A stretch of 64,000 nt of DNA from positions 2,303 through 66,302 of the forward strand of contig DAOUJO010000017.1 of assembly GCA_034422595.1 (NCBI GenBank), given 5' to 3'. A program made the position numbers and the translations under genes. Every line of letters starts with the position of its first letter. Positions within the stretch are counted from its first letter, which is position 1. Under the pieces are notes generated by a model. It saw only the letters and a program-made list of their open reading frames with translations, ran no database searches and was not told the origin of the DNA. Origin of the DNA: Dehalococcoidia bacterium (GTDB lineage: Bacteria > Chloroflexota > Dehalococcoidia > Lucifugimonadales > Australimonadaceae). Below, one piece after another: positions 7,900 to 17,185 of this stretch.

Positions 7900-8901
7900 C
7901 TAGGTGTCGAGGATGTTCTTCGAGAAGACCTCGTCGAAGCCGTACCGCTTCGCCATGATGCCCTGCTCGTGGCTGATGTCGATGTACCAGTCGAGCATCC
8001 GGCGGTTCGCCTCGATGCCGTAGACGAACGGGTCGCCCCACTTCTTGAACTGCTCCTCCACGTACTCGCGCAGGTAGATGACGGAGAAGCTGCCGCGGTC
8101 GCGCAGCAGGTCGAAGTACGCGACGGCCTTGGAGCGCTCGAACGCGTCGTAGATGCGCGGGGCGAGCGTCGGGTCCTCACGGTCGAGCTTGCCGCTCAGC
8201 ACCATCATGTGCACGGGCGTGAAGATGCTCTCGTCCCGCCAGAGGCGGAGGTCTTCCTCCATGTAATCGGGGAAGAGGCGGCGGATGCGCGAGTCGCTGG
8301 CGACCCACCCGAACAGCTCGGGGTCGGAGATGTCGCCGAGGAAGGCGTCCACCTCGCCGTCGAGCAGGCGCTGGAGGTGGTCCTTCACGCTCACCTTGCC
8401 GTCCTGCACCGTCTCGACCACGGCGGACTTGTCGTAGATGGGGAAGTAGTCCTCGGCGTCGGTGACGAGCCACCGGAAGGTGGAGGTGTCGACGCCGTGG
8501 CGGTTCTTGAGCAGTCCCCGGCACCAGGTGACGATGGCGGAGCGGAAGGAGCGCGTGGCGATGCGCTTGCCCTCAAGGTCCTTCGGGCCGCCGATGCCGC
8601 GGTCGTTGCGGACGACCATGTACCAGTGCGCGCTCTTGCGCTTCACGAAGATGGGCAGGCCGGTGATGTCCCAGCCCTGGTCTATGGCGGCGAGCCAGTA
8701 GCCCATGTTGAGGTCGCACAGGCCGAAGTCGCCGGTCTTCATCCGGGAGTCGCCCGTTGGCGTGGGGCCCAGCTCCTCGACCGGCACGAGGTCGACGCCC
8801 TCTATCTGCACGCGCCCTTCCATCAGGGGCCGCACGATCTCGTACGTCATCGAGGCGTAGCCGACTGATATCTCCAGTTTCATCTTCTCAGCGGTGGTCA
8901 T
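7900..8901 (-). CDS. 4,5-dihydroxyphthalate decarboxylase-like protein (PhtD family, periplasmic-binding-protein-like fold)
   Basis: MKLEISVGY..EGRVQIEGVDL.., PIFVKRKSAHWYMVVRNDRGIGGPKDLEGKRIA and VTWCRGLLKNRHGVD follow the pattern I recall for PhtD-type decarboxylases. ATG 8901 is preceded by GGAAGGAG. An alternative start at 8883 (MKLEIS) matches homologue N-termini. Confidence 0.55.
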   Translation of the reverse strand: MTTAEKMKLEISVGYASMTYEIVRPLMEGRVQIEGVDLVPVEELGPTPTGDSRMKTGDFGLCDLNMGYWLAAIDQGWDITGLPIFVKRKSAHWYMVVRNDRGIGGPKDLEGKRIATRSFRSAIVTWCRGLLKNRHGVDTSTFRWLVTDAEDYFPIYDKSAVVETVQDGKVSVKDHLQRLLDGEVDAFLGDISDPELFGWVASDSRIRRLFPDYMEEDLRLWRDESIFTPVHMMVLSGKLDREDPTLAPRIYDAFERSKAVAYFDLLRDRGSFSVIYLREYVEEQFKKWGDPFVYGIEANRRMLDWYIDISHEQGIMAKRYGFDEVFSKNILDT

Positions 8902-9028
8902 GGCGCCTTTCTCCTTCCTCCGGATAGGACGCGGCAAAGGTACGAGCGCCCTGCGCTCCGGTCAAGGGGCGCGTACTGGACAGGCGGGTATACACTGGGA
9001 GAAACCGTATGGTCGAGAGGAGGGCGAT

Positions 9029-9487
9029 ATGGCAAGGATAGGAAGAGTCGGCCACGTGGTTCTGCGCGTTACTGATGTCGAAGCGGCGGAGGCGTTCTAC
9101 CGCGACGCGCTCGGCATGGAGACGGTCCGGCGTACGGAGGGAGCGGCGTTCATGTCGTTCGGCACCCAGCACCACGACATCGGGCTGTTCAGCGTGAACG
9201 GGGAACCGGTGCGCGGGAACGTGGGCCTGGGGCACGTCGCACTGGTCGTGAACGGCGGCATGCACGAGTTGCAGGAGCTGCACCAGCGGCTGCTGGACAA
9301 CAACGTCGAGATCGCGAGCCTGACCGACCACGGCATGACGAAGAGCGTCTACTTCAACGACCCGGACGGCAACCGGCTGGAGATCTATGTGGACCTGATG
9401 GCGCCGGAGGACGGCAAGCGCTTCCTGTCGGAGCGAGTGGGCTCCGGCAACAACCGGTTCACGTTCGAGGAAGCCGCCGCCCGGTAG
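9029..9487 (+). CDS. VOC (glyoxalase/extradiol dioxygenase) family protein
   Basis: RIGRVGHVVLRVTDVEAAEAFYRDALGMETV...GLGHVALVV...YFNDPDGNRLEIY is a typical VOC beta-alpha-beta-beta-beta repeat. ATG 9029 is preceded by GAGAGGAGGG. The track ORF starts earlier, at 8894. Confidence 0.75.
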   Translation: MARIGRVGHVVLRVTDVEAAEAFYRDALGMETVRRTEGAAFMSFGTQHHDIGLFSVNGEPVRGNVGLGHVALVVNGGMHELQELHQRLLDNNVEIASLTDHGMTKSVYFNDPDGNRLEIYVDLMAPEDGKRFLSERVGSGNNRFTFEEAAAR

Positions 9488-9489
9488 GT

Positions 9490-10752
9490 TCAGCCGCTCC
9501 ACAGCGTGCGCAGGATGTGCCGCACGCCCGGGCGCTGTCCGTACACCAGCAGGTAGGCGCGGAAGAGGCGCGCCGTGAACAGGACGCCCAGCGCCGTGAA
9601 CGCCGCGAGCACGCCCAGGCTCAGCGCGACCTCCCCCAGGCTCGTTCCACCTGCTCCGAACCTGATGAGGCCGGTGAGCGGAGCGGTGAACGGCACGTAG
9701 CTCAGCGCCCGCGCGAGCAGGCCGTCCGGGTGCTCGATCAGCACCGCGAGGAACCACATCGGCGAGACGGCGGGCAGCACGACGAACACGGCGATGTTGT
9801 TCGCCTCCTTCTGGTTCGTCGTCACGACGCCAAGCGCCGCCTGCACCGTGCCCAGCAACGCGTAGCCCAGCAGGAAGTACGCCAGCGCCACGCCAAGCGT
9901 CTCGACGGACGGCGCGCTCAACTCGACGGGCAGGTCCACGATACGGCCCAGCGCCAGCAGGAAGGCGACGAGCGCCGCCGTCCAGACGGCCATCTGCAGC
10001 AGTCCCGCCGCGCCGAGCCCCAGCAGCTTGCCGAACATCAGCTGCTCCGGCTTGAGCGAGGAGAGCAGCACCTCCATGATGCGGTTCTCCTTCTCCTCGC
10101 TCAGCCCCTGCAGCAGGTATCCGGCTGCGGTCAGCACCGAGACGATCAGCAGCATCCCCGCGCCGAACGAGAACAGGAACTCTCCGCCGTCGAACCCGCC
10201 TTCCTCCACGGGCGCACCGGACCCGGACAGCTCGACCGTGGCGACGGTATAGGGCCTGATGACGCGCTCCAACTGCTGCTCGCTCACCTCTTCAGCGACG
10301 AGGTTGCTCAGCACGAACCGGCGCAGCGCCGCGCTGCCTGCGCCACCATCGCCGTCCTCCATGCGCACCCGCACGACCGAACCGGTCTCCAGGAAATCGC
10401 GGGGGAAGACGTAGAGCGCCGTAATCTCTTCCCCCTGCAACGCGGCGCTTCCGGCGGTCTCGTCCGCGTATGGCGCGAACACGACGCCGTCCTGCTCCCG
10501 GAACGACGTGAACAGCGGTTGCCCGTCGTCGCCGGCGCTGAGGTCGACGTAGCCCACGCGCATCACCTCGGCGGCCGGCTCCCCCGCGCTGCCGGACGGC
10601 TCGTCCCCTCCGCGCACCGCGTCGAAGACGCCGATGCCGATGAGCGCCAGCAGCGCGAGCACCGGCACCGCGGCGGCGAAGATGCGGAAGCCGAGACGCC
10701 CGATGGTCACGGCGAACTCGTGCCGCGCGACGAGCCACGTCTTACTGCTCAT
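9490..10752 (-). CDS. ABC-2 type transporter permease (NatB-like)
   Basis: 420 aa. One N-terminal TM, a large extracytoplasmic loop, then five or more C-terminal TM segments. It overlaps the upstream ATPase gene by 11 nt. Confidence 0.75.
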   Translation of the reverse strand: MSSKTWLVARHEFAVTIGRLGFRIFAAAVPVLALLALIGIGVFDAVRGGDEPSGSAGEPAAEVMRVGYVDLSAGDDGQPLFTSFREQDGVVFAPYADETAGSAALQGEEITALYVFPRDFLETGSVVRVRMEDGDGGAGSAALRRFVLSNLVAEEVSEQQLERVIRPYTVATVELSGSGAPVEEGGFDGGEFLFSFGAGMLLIVSVLTAAGYLLQGLSEEKENRIMEVLLSSLKPEQLMFGKLLGLGAAGLLQMAVWTAALVAFLLALGRIVDLPVELSAPSVETLGVALAYFLLGYALLGTVQAALGVVTTNQKEANNIAVFVVLPAVSPMWFLAVLIEHPDGLLARALSYVPFTAPLTGLIRFGAGGTSLGEVALSLGVLAAFTALGVLFTARLFRAYLLVYGQRPGVRHILRTLWSG

Positions 10753-11680
10753 CGCGATCTGCCTCCGCCTGCTCGCGCCCGACCACGCGCAGGAATATCT
10801 CCTCCAGGCTGGGCGTCGCCAGCTCGAAGCGGTCTATCTTCGCGCCGCGCTCCAGCAGCGACCGCAGCACGTCCTCCGGGGCGCTGCCTTCGGCGAGCCG
10901 CAGCGCGTAGCCCGGTCCGTCGCGCCGCGATGCGGCCACGCCGTCTGCACCCTGCGGGTCGAGGTCGGTCGCGACGAACAGGTCGTTCCCCGCGAACCGG
11001 CGCTTGATGTCGGCGAGCGGGCCGTCCAGCACGACTGCTCCGCCGTCGATCATGATGACTCGGTCGCACAGTTCCTCGACATCCGTCATCTGGTGGGTGG
11101 AGAACATGATGGCCGCGCCCTCGCTCCGCAGCCGGGAGACGGCGTCCTTCATCACGCGGACGTTCACCGGATCGAGGCCGGAGAACGGCTCGTCCAGAAC
11201 GATGAAGGCGGGTTCGTGCAGGATGGTTGCGGCGAACTGCACCAGCTGCCCGAGCCCGCGGCTCAGTTCGCTGATCTTCTTCCCGCGGTGCGGCTCCAGG
11301 CCGAGGAGTGCGAACAGTTCACCGGCGCGCCGCAGCGCGTGCTCGCGCTGCATCCCTTTCAATCCGGCAAGGTAGAGCATGTTGGGGATGACGCGGAGGC
11401 TGCGGTAGAGGCCGCGCTCCTCCGGCAGGTAGCCGATGCGCGACTGGGCCTGCGGGCTGATCGGCGCGCCGAATACGGAGACCGAACCCTCGTCGGGACG
11501 GAGGATGTCCAGCAGCATCCGGATGGTGGTCGTCTTCCCCGCGCCGTTGGGCCCGACCAGTCCGACGACTTCGCCAGGGTCGAGGGAGAGGCTCACTTCC
11601 CGTACGGCGACGTGACCGCCGAACCGCTTCCACAGCCCCTCCGCGCGCACGGTGGGGGTGGTTGCCGCTGCGGTGGTCAT
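10742..11680 (-). CDS. ABC transporter ATP-binding protein (NatA-like, partner of the ABC-2 permease)
   Basis: Walker A GPNGAGKTT, signature LSRGLGQ, Walker [14 protein letters not shown] prefer ATG 11680 (MTTAAATTPTVRAEGLWKRFG) because TACAAT (11690-11695, minus) lies 9 nt upstream. The ORF is open to 11761. Confidence 0.85.
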   Translation of the reverse strand: MTTAAATTPTVRAEGLWKRFGGHVAVREVSLSLDPGEVVGLVGPNGAGKTTTIRMLLDILRPDEGSVSVFGAPISPQAQSRIGYLPEERGLYRSLRVIPNMLYLAGLKGMQREHALRRAGELFALLGLEPHRGKKISELSRGLGQLVQFAATILHEPAFIVLDEPFSGLDPVNVRVMKDAVSRLRSEGAAIMFSTHQMTDVEELCDRVIMIDGGAVVLDGPLADIKRRFAGNDLFVATDLDPQGADGVAASRRDGPGYALRLAEGSAPEDVLRSLLERGAKIDRFELATPSLEEIFLRVVGREQAEADRDEQ

Positions 11681-11790
11681 ACTGCTGCCATTGTAGCGCC
11701 GCTCGGATGCGGAGCGGGGCGCGCGGGTGCAAAGGTCTATAATGCTGAGACAGGCCCGCACCCGGCGCTCGTACTGCGCCGCTGGAGGTT

Positions 11791-12162
11791 GTGATGCTGG
11801 GAGTACTGCTGCGTCCCGTTGTGTTTCTGCTCAAGCTGCCGTTCCTGCTCGGACAGGCATCCAAGCCGGCCCTGGAGCGCGTCGCCAACAGGGAAGGTTT
11901 CACGTACGGCGAGACCCGCAAGGAAGGCGAGGTAACCATCGTTCCGCTGGGACACCATCCCGCGGGCGGCGAGTTCGAACGGATCGCCGACCTGGAAGTG
12001 ACTTCGGAGTACATCACCCTGCGCCCGGTGAACGGCTGGACGCAGAGTGCACTGGCGATCCTGGGCGCGCTCGTGCCCGACGCCGCACGCTTCCTCCCCA
12101 ACCGTGAGCGGGAGACGACCAAACCGGCGTTGCCGGATGCGGAAGAGCCGTCCGAATCCTGA
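11791..12162 (+). CDS. hypothetical small protein with hydrophobic N-terminus (123 aa)
   Basis: Mostly G/C-ending codons by eye. N-terminus MMLGVLLRPVVFLLKLPFLL. Divergent from the ABC exporter. I recognise no family. Confidence 0.45.
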   Translation: MMLGVLLRPVVFLLKLPFLLGQASKPALERVANREGFTYGETRKEGEVTIVPLGHHPAGGEFERIADLEVTSEYITLRPVNGWTQSALAILGALVPDAARFLPNRERETTKPALPDAEEPSES

Positions 12163-12348
12163 TGGCAGACGCTGGTTTGAACGGAACAGGCTGTAATACG
12201 GCGCGATAGCGACGAAAACAGTCGCCGCGTCGTATGAGCGGCGCGTAGCCCGATGTGCTTGCCGCGCTCACTATCTCTCCTCTTGGCTGGCGCTCGTTCC
12301 TGCGATGTGCGGAGCTACCTCTCCCAAACTGTACGGAACCGGACAGGC

Positions 12349-12384
12349 GGAATCCGGCGGAATGCGGAATGAGGCCAGCGGAAT
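12349..12384 (+). promoter_or_regulatory. four GCGGAAT(C/G) direct repeats immediately upstream of a candidate -35 box
   Basis: GGAAT cores sit at 12349, 12359, 12366 and 12380. The outer two copies are identical 10-mers, GCGGAATCCG, 31 nt apart. They lie 8 nt upstream of TTGACA at 12392. Confidence 0.4.
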
Positions 12385-12391
12385 CCGAGCG

Positions 12392-12420
12392 TTGACACCC
12401 TCCGCTCCAGTGGCTAGGGT
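12392..12420 (+). promoter_or_regulatory. candidate promoter TTGACA-N17-TAGGGT for the opuA operon
   Basis: Read directly: gcgTTGACAccctccgctccagtggcTAGGGTggg. It would give a ~180-nt leader before the ATG at 12610. Confidence 0.35.
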
Positions 12421-12609
12421 GGGCTGGAACAGCGGCAAGAGGGCGCTCGCACCGGAGGCGTGCGGGTATATAGCCGCCCAGCCCTCGGAGTATCCCGAGC
12501 ACGCACGCGCAGGACGCGCGTCCCCTCGCGATTCACTTGTTCTTCCCCCATCGAGCGAATCCAGCCGAGTTGCGTGCCTTGCAGGGACAGGGGTAGTTGA
12601 GGTTGCCGG

Positions 12610-13887
12610 ATGGCGCAAAACAAGAACGGCACAGCCGACAGCACACAACCGAAAGTGAGCGTCAGGGGCCTGTGGAAGATATTCGGCTCCAGCGTCCCGA
12701 CGGAACTCACGGACGAGGTGCTCAACAAGAGCAAATCGGAACTCCGTGAAGAGTCCGGCTGGGTCGTGGGTCTGCGCGACGTGAGTTTCGACGTGCAGAT
12801 CGGTGAGACGTTCGTGGTGATGGGCTTGTCCGGCAGCGGCAAGTCCACCCTCGTCCGAACGCTGCTGCGCCTGATCGAACCGACGTTCGGGGCCATCGAG
12901 GTCGATGGCGAAGACATCCTCAGGTACGGCGAAGACGAGTTGACCGAATACCGGCGCACCAAGACCGCGATGGTCTTCCAGCACTTCGGCCTCCTCCCCC
13001 ACCGCACGGTCGAGGAGAACGCCGCCTGGGGGCTGGAGGTACGCGGCATCGAGAGGGAAGAGCGCATGGAGCGCGCCCATGAGGTGCTGGACCTCGTGGG
13101 GCTCACGGGGTGGGAGCACTACCGCCCGAATGCCCTGAGCGGCGGCATGCAGCAGCGTGTGGGGCTCGCCCGCGCTCTCGCCGCAGACCCGGACGTCATG
13201 CTCATGGACGAGCCCTTCAGCGGTCTCGACCCGCTCATCCGGCGCGACATGCAGAACGAGTTGCTCCGTCTACAGCAGCAGATGCACAAGACCATCATCT
13301 TCATCACACACGACCTGAGCGAGGCGCTGAAACTCGGCGACCACATCGTCATCATGCGCGACGGCGCGGTGATACAGATGGGTACGGGCGAGGAGATACT
13401 CGCTCACCCCGCCGACGACTACGTGGCCGAGTTCGTGCGGGACGTGCGCAAGTCCTCGGTGGTCACCCTGCGAACGATCATGGAACCCGTGCAGGTGAAA
13501 CTGCGCGCGGACATGTCGCCCAAAGAGGCGATGGACGCCCTCGGGGAGATGGGGGAGGTGGCCGGTTTCGTCGCGGACAGGCACGAGACCTATGTAGGCG
13601 CCGTGAGTTTCGCAGCGCTCGCAGAAGCGAACCGGAGCGGCTGCACCGAGTGCACCGAGGCCCTCTTGGATGACGTGACGCCGCTGTCGGAGGACATGTC
13701 GGTTTCGGCCGCGCTGCCGCTGGTACGACACATGTCCGGAGCCCAGCCCCTCATAGACGCGGACGGCAGGCTGGTCGGCCAACTCTCGCCTGGCGCGGTC
13801 ATCGCGATGATGGAACGTGAGAGCGTTGCGGAGGCGGAGGAGAGCGCGGCAACCAGTGCCATCGGCATCGGGGCCGACGCGAACTAG
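12610..13887 (+). CDS. opuAA: glycine betaine/proline betaine ABC transporter ATP-binding protein with C-terminal tandem CBS domains
   Basis: 425 aa. Walker [10 protein letters not shown], signature [15 protein letters not shown], Walker [11 protein letters not shown], followed by a ~130-aa CBS-like tail. First gene of an ATPase-permease-binding protein operon. Confidence 0.9.
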   Translation: MAQNKNGTADSTQPKVSVRGLWKIFGSSVPTELTDEVLNKSKSELREESGWVVGLRDVSFDVQIGETFVVMGLSGSGKSTLVRTLLRLIEPTFGAIEVDGEDILRYGEDELTEYRRTKTAMVFQHFGLLPHRTVEENAAWGLEVRGIEREERMERAHEVLDLVGLTGWEHYRPNALSGGMQQRVGLARALAADPDVMLMDEPFSGLDPLIRRDMQNELLRLQQQMHKTIIFITHDLSEALKLGDHIVIMRDGAVIQMGTGEEILAHPADDYVAEFVRDVRKSSVVTLRTIMEPVQVKLRADMSPKEAMDALGEMGEVAGFVADRHETYVGAVSFAALAEANRSGCTECTEALLDDVTPLSEDMSVSAALPLVRHMSGAQPLIDADGRLVGQLSPGAVIAMMERESVAEAEESAATSAIGIGADAN

Positions 13888-13897
13888 GAGACCGGCT

Positions 13898-14965
13898 ATG
13901 GCAGCAGTGGCACCAACAGGGAATGGCGGCGGCGGAAGCCTGTGGCAACGTATCGCCAGCCTTCCGGACCGTTACATCTACGGCGGAGGGTTGGCCGTAC
14001 TCCTGGTCGTGGCGCTCATCTTCGTGTCGCTGTGGGGCACCGGCCTCGAACCGCCGGAGAACGCTTTCGGGATCAGCGAGCGCCTCGGCAGCGTCTGCTC
14101 CGACGGGGCCACCCCGGACAACCTCGGACGGGCGACTTCCGAGTGCGTGGATACCGCTATCTTCTGGACGACACGGGAAGGCGCATTCGTGTTCGATACG
14201 ATCTCGAACGCAGTGCTGCAGTTCCTGCTGGCGGTGGAGAAGGTCTTCCTCTGGATCCCCTGGCCCGTCCTCATCGTTGGCGTCATGCTCCTCGGCCTCA
14301 AACTGGCTGGGCGGAGGATCGCCATATTCTCCGGAGCGACGCTGGTGGGACTCGGATTCCTCGGACTCTGGGGCAGCGCCATGGAGACGCTCGCGCTGAT
14401 CGTGGTGGCGGTGACCATCTCCATCGGCATAGCGATACCGATGGGCATCGTCATCGCCCGGAGCGACACCCTCGACGCCCTGCTGCGTCCACTGCTGGAC
14501 GCGATGCAGACGATGCCAAGCTTCGTCTACCTCGTGCCGGCGGTTATGTTCTTCGGCATCGGCAACGTCCCCGCGGTCTTCGCCACGGTCATATACGCCG
14601 TTCCCCCCGCGATACGCCTGACGAGCCTCGGCATCCGCCAGGTCTCACCGGGAGTCGTGGAGGCGGCGCGCTCGTTCGGAACGACCCCGCGCCAGCTGCT
14701 CTGGAAGGTGCAGATACCCATGGCGGTGCCGACCATCATGGCGGGCATCAACCAGACGACCATGATGGCGCTGGCGATGGTGGTCATCGCGTCGCTCGTG
14801 GGCGCCGGCGGACTCGGTGAGGACGTCAACCGCGCGCTCGGCCGTCTCGAACCCGGCAAGGCGCTCTTCGGCGGCATCGGCATCGTGGTGCTCGCCATCA
14901 TCATCGACCGTCTTACGCAGGCCGCCGCCAGGGAGCGGCAGCAGGCGCTGACCGGCGGTCACTAG
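13898..14965 (+). CDS. opuAB: glycine betaine ABC transporter permease
   Basis: ATG 13898 is preceded by AGGAG (13886-13890). Multi-TM protein with the EAA-type loop region ([20 protein letters not shown]) of binding-protein-dependent permeases. Confidence 0.9.
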   Translation: MAAVAPTGNGGGGSLWQRIASLPDRYIYGGGLAVLLVVALIFVSLWGTGLEPPENAFGISERLGSVCSDGATPDNLGRATSECVDTAIFWTTREGAFVFDTISNAVLQFLLAVEKVFLWIPWPVLIVGVMLLGLKLAGRRIAIFSGATLVGLGFLGLWGSAMETLALIVVAVTISIGIAIPMGIVIARSDTLDALLRPLLDAMQTMPSFVYLVPAVMFFGIGNVPAVFATVIYAVPPAIRLTSLGIRQVSPGVVEAARSFGTTPRQLLWKVQIPMAVPTIMAGINQTTMMALAMVVIASLVGAGGLGEDVNRALGRLEPGKALFGGIGIVVLAIIIDRLTQAAARERQQALTGGH

Positions 14966-15037
14966 GCAACGGTCATGCAGGGGCCGACGGCGCAATGGCG
15001 TACGAGCGGCCCGACAACAAACGGAGGAGGTAACTGC

Positions 15038-17152
15038 ATGAAGACGATGAGATATCTGTTGGTGTTGGGGCTCATTGCCCTGATGACGATGGTGCTGGCG
15101 GCTTGCGGCGAGGACGACCCGACCGCCACGCCGACACCGCGCGCGGCGGCGGAACCCACCGCCACGCCTGATGACTCCATGATGATGGAGGAGAAGCCGA
15201 CGCTGGTCTTCGCCGACCTGAACTGGAGTTCCGCTGTCCTGCAGAACTGGGTGGCCCGCGTCATCCTGGAAGAAGGCTACGGCTACGAGACCGACGCAGT
15301 CGCCGGCGGTACCCTTCCGCTGATGCAGGCCCTTGTTGGCGGCGACCTGAACGTCAACATGGAGATCTGGCTTCCGAACCAGCAGGAGGCCTGGGACAAG
15401 GCCGTTGCTGATGGAACGGTTGAAGGCATCGGCGACAGCCTCAGTTCGGTTGCATGGCAGTCGGCCTTCCTGATCCCGAAGTACACGGCTGATGCCAACC
15501 CCGGACTGACTTCCGTCGACGACCTGAAGAGCCCTGAGTACCAGGCGCTCTTTGCACGGTCCGGCACGGGAGGCAAGGCTGCGCTCATCACCTGCATCCC
15601 CGGGTGGGAGTGTGAGATACGGAACAACCAGCAGGTCATCGGGTATGGACTCGCGGACCACGTGGAGCTGGTCAACCCCGGGTCGTTCGAGGGACTCAAT
15701 TCGGAGATCCTCAGCGCATTCGAGCGCGGAGAGGACATCCTCTTCTACTACTGGGGCCCGACCGCGCTGATCGGCACGCTGGTGAGCGAGTACGGCGGCT
15801 ACGTCCGCCTGGAGGAGCCGGCCTCGACCCCGGAGTGTGAGGAGCACATCGGGGCAACGCATGACAACCCTGAGGACACGGAGTTCGCGTGTGAATACGC
15901 GGACGCTCAGGTCGTCATCGCGATGAGGACGGACCTGATGGAGAAGGCCCCTGACGTGGTTGACTTCTTCAAGGCCTACGAGCTGAGCGACGACGGCATA
16001 TTCTCCCTGCTTGGCAGGTACGCAGACACCGGCGAAGACGCCGTCGACGTCGCCAAGTACTGGCTCCGCACCTCGGATGAGTGGCAGGACTGGGTCTCCT
16101 CGGACGTGGCCGACACAGTGCTGAATGCCCTCGGCGGTCCGATCGCCATGGAAGACACCATGATGGAGGACAAGCCGGCCTACTGGGAGCTCTTCGTCCG
16201 GCCGGACAGCGAGGGCAAGGCCGGTCTGGTGACGTGCATCCCCGGCTGGGAGTGCGAAGTCGTCAACGAGAAGCAGGTGCACGGCTACGGACTCGATGAG
16301 GTGATCACGCTCATCAACCCCGGCTCCTACGAGGGGTTGAACGCTGAGATCCTCGGAGCGTTCGAGAAGGGCGAGAACATCCTCTTCTACTACTGGGGCC
16401 CCGAAACCCTTCCGGCGAAGCTGACGAATGAGTACGGTGGCTTCGTCCGCCTGGAAGAGCCGGCCTACTCGGCGGAGTGCTGGGACCACATGAGCTCGGT
16501 TGACGAGGCCGAGGACATTACCCAGGCGTGTGAGTACTCGGACGCGGACGTGCTCATCGCGGTGCGCACTGAGCTGCTGGAGAGCGCGCCTGATGTCGTT
16601 GCGTTCCTCGAAAAGTGGACGCTGAGCGACGAGGCGGTCAACGCGCTGCTCGGGCGCCTCGACGAGACGGGCGACGACTACGAGGACGTGGCTGCTTGGT
16701 GGATGCAGCAGTCCCAGGAGTGGACTGGATGGGTCTCTCCCGAAGCGCTGGGCAGGATGGCTCAGTTCGCTGACGGCACTCCCGTGGAGGTCGACAGCAG
16801 CAAGCCGACCCTCATCTTCTCCGACCTGAACTGGAGCACCGCGCTGCTGCAGAACGCACTTGCGCGCATCATCATCGAGGCTGGCTACGGCTACCCGACC
16901 GACTCGGTGGCAGGCGGAACGATTCCGCTGATGCAGGCGCTGACGGCGGGTGACACGAACGTCACGATGGAGATCTGGCTGCCGAACCAGCAGGCTGCGT
17001 GGTCCGAAGCTGAGGCGGCGGGCACCGTCACCCAGATCGGCGACAGCCTGGCAAGCGTGGCTTGGCAGAGCGCCTTCCTCATCCCGCAGTACGTGGCGGA
17101 TGCCAACCCCGGTCTGCAGTCGGTGGAGGACCTGCTCAAGCCGCAGCAGTAA
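15038..17152 (+). CDS. opuAC: glycine betaine-type substrate-binding lipoprotein with duplicated, partly permuted binding modules (A-B-B'-A')
   Basis: ATG 15038 is preceded by GGAGGAGG. Lipobox LAAC-G follows MKTMRYLLVLGLIALMTMV, then a Pro/Thr stalk. The ProX/OpuAC-like blocks (ADLNWSS, MEIWLPNQQ, CIPGWECE, ILFYYWGP) each occur twice. Confidence 0.85.
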   Translation: MKTMRYLLVLGLIALMTMVLAACGEDDPTATPTPRAAAEPTATPDDSMMMEEKPTLVFADLNWSSAVLQNWVARVILEEGYGYETDAVAGGTLPLMQALVGGDLNVNMEIWLPNQQEAWDKAVADGTVEGIGDSLSSVAWQSAFLIPKYTADANPGLTSVDDLKSPEYQALFARSGTGGKAALITCIPGWECEIRNNQQVIGYGLADHVELVNPGSFEGLNSEILSAFERGEDILFYYWGPTALIGTLVSEYGGYVRLEEPASTPECEEHIGATHDNPEDTEFACEYADAQVVIAMRTDLMEKAPDVVDFFKAYELSDDGIFSLLGRYADTGEDAVDVAKYWLRTSDEWQDWVSSDVADTVLNALGGPIAMEDTMMEDKPAYWELFVRPDSEGKAGLVTCIPGWECEVVNEKQVHGYGLDEVITLINPGSYEGLNAEILGAFEKGENILFYYWGPETLPAKLTNEYGGFVRLEEPAYSAECWDHMSSVDEAEDITQACEYSDADVLIAVRTELLESAPDVVAFLEKWTLSDEAVNALLGRLDETGDDYEDVAAWWMQQSQEWTGWVSPEALGRMAQFADGTPVEVDSSKPTLIFSDLNWSTALLQNALARIIIEAGYGYPTDSVAGGTIPLMQALTAGDTNVTMEIWLPNQQAAWSEAEAAGTVTQIGDSLASVAWQSAFLIPQYVADANPGLQSVEDLLKPQQ
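15197..16177 (+). repeat. binding module 1 (segment A 15197-15535, segment B 15536-16177)
   Basis: Hand alignment to module 2. A matches A' with roughly 70 percent identical residues and B matches B' with somewhat over half, both by eye. Confidence 0.8.
16178..17149 (+). repeat. binding module 2 in permuted order (segment B' 16178-16804, segment A' 16805-17149)
   Basis: B' begins AYWELFVRPDSEGKAGLVTCIPGWECE (compare EYQALFARSGTGGKAALITCIPGWECE in B). A' begins PTLIFSDLNWST (compare PTLVFADLNWSS in A). The protein stops right after A'. Confidence 0.8.
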
Positions 17153-17185
17153 CGGCAGGTCTGGGTTAGGTAGACTCTTACGGAC

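Noticed and set aside
12163-12609. Possible known structured RNA (RNase P RNA, cobalamin or glycine riboswitch, tmRNA) in the long opuA upstream spacer
   Set aside because: There are partial look-alikes: GGCTGGAACAGCGGCAAGAGGGCGCTCGCACCG versus the RNase P GGTGCGGTAAGAGCGCACC block, minus-strand GGGAAGAACAAGTGAATC plus GCCACTGG versus cobalamin elements, and CGCACCGGAGGCG versus the glycine CACCGAAGG. The other obligatory elements are absent: GAGGAAAGTCCGGGC for RNase P, GGTCCCGCCACTGT for cobalamin, CTCTCAGGCAAAAGGAC for glycine, and a tRNA-like acceptor/T arm for tmRNA. A minus-strand riboswitch would also have no gene to control.
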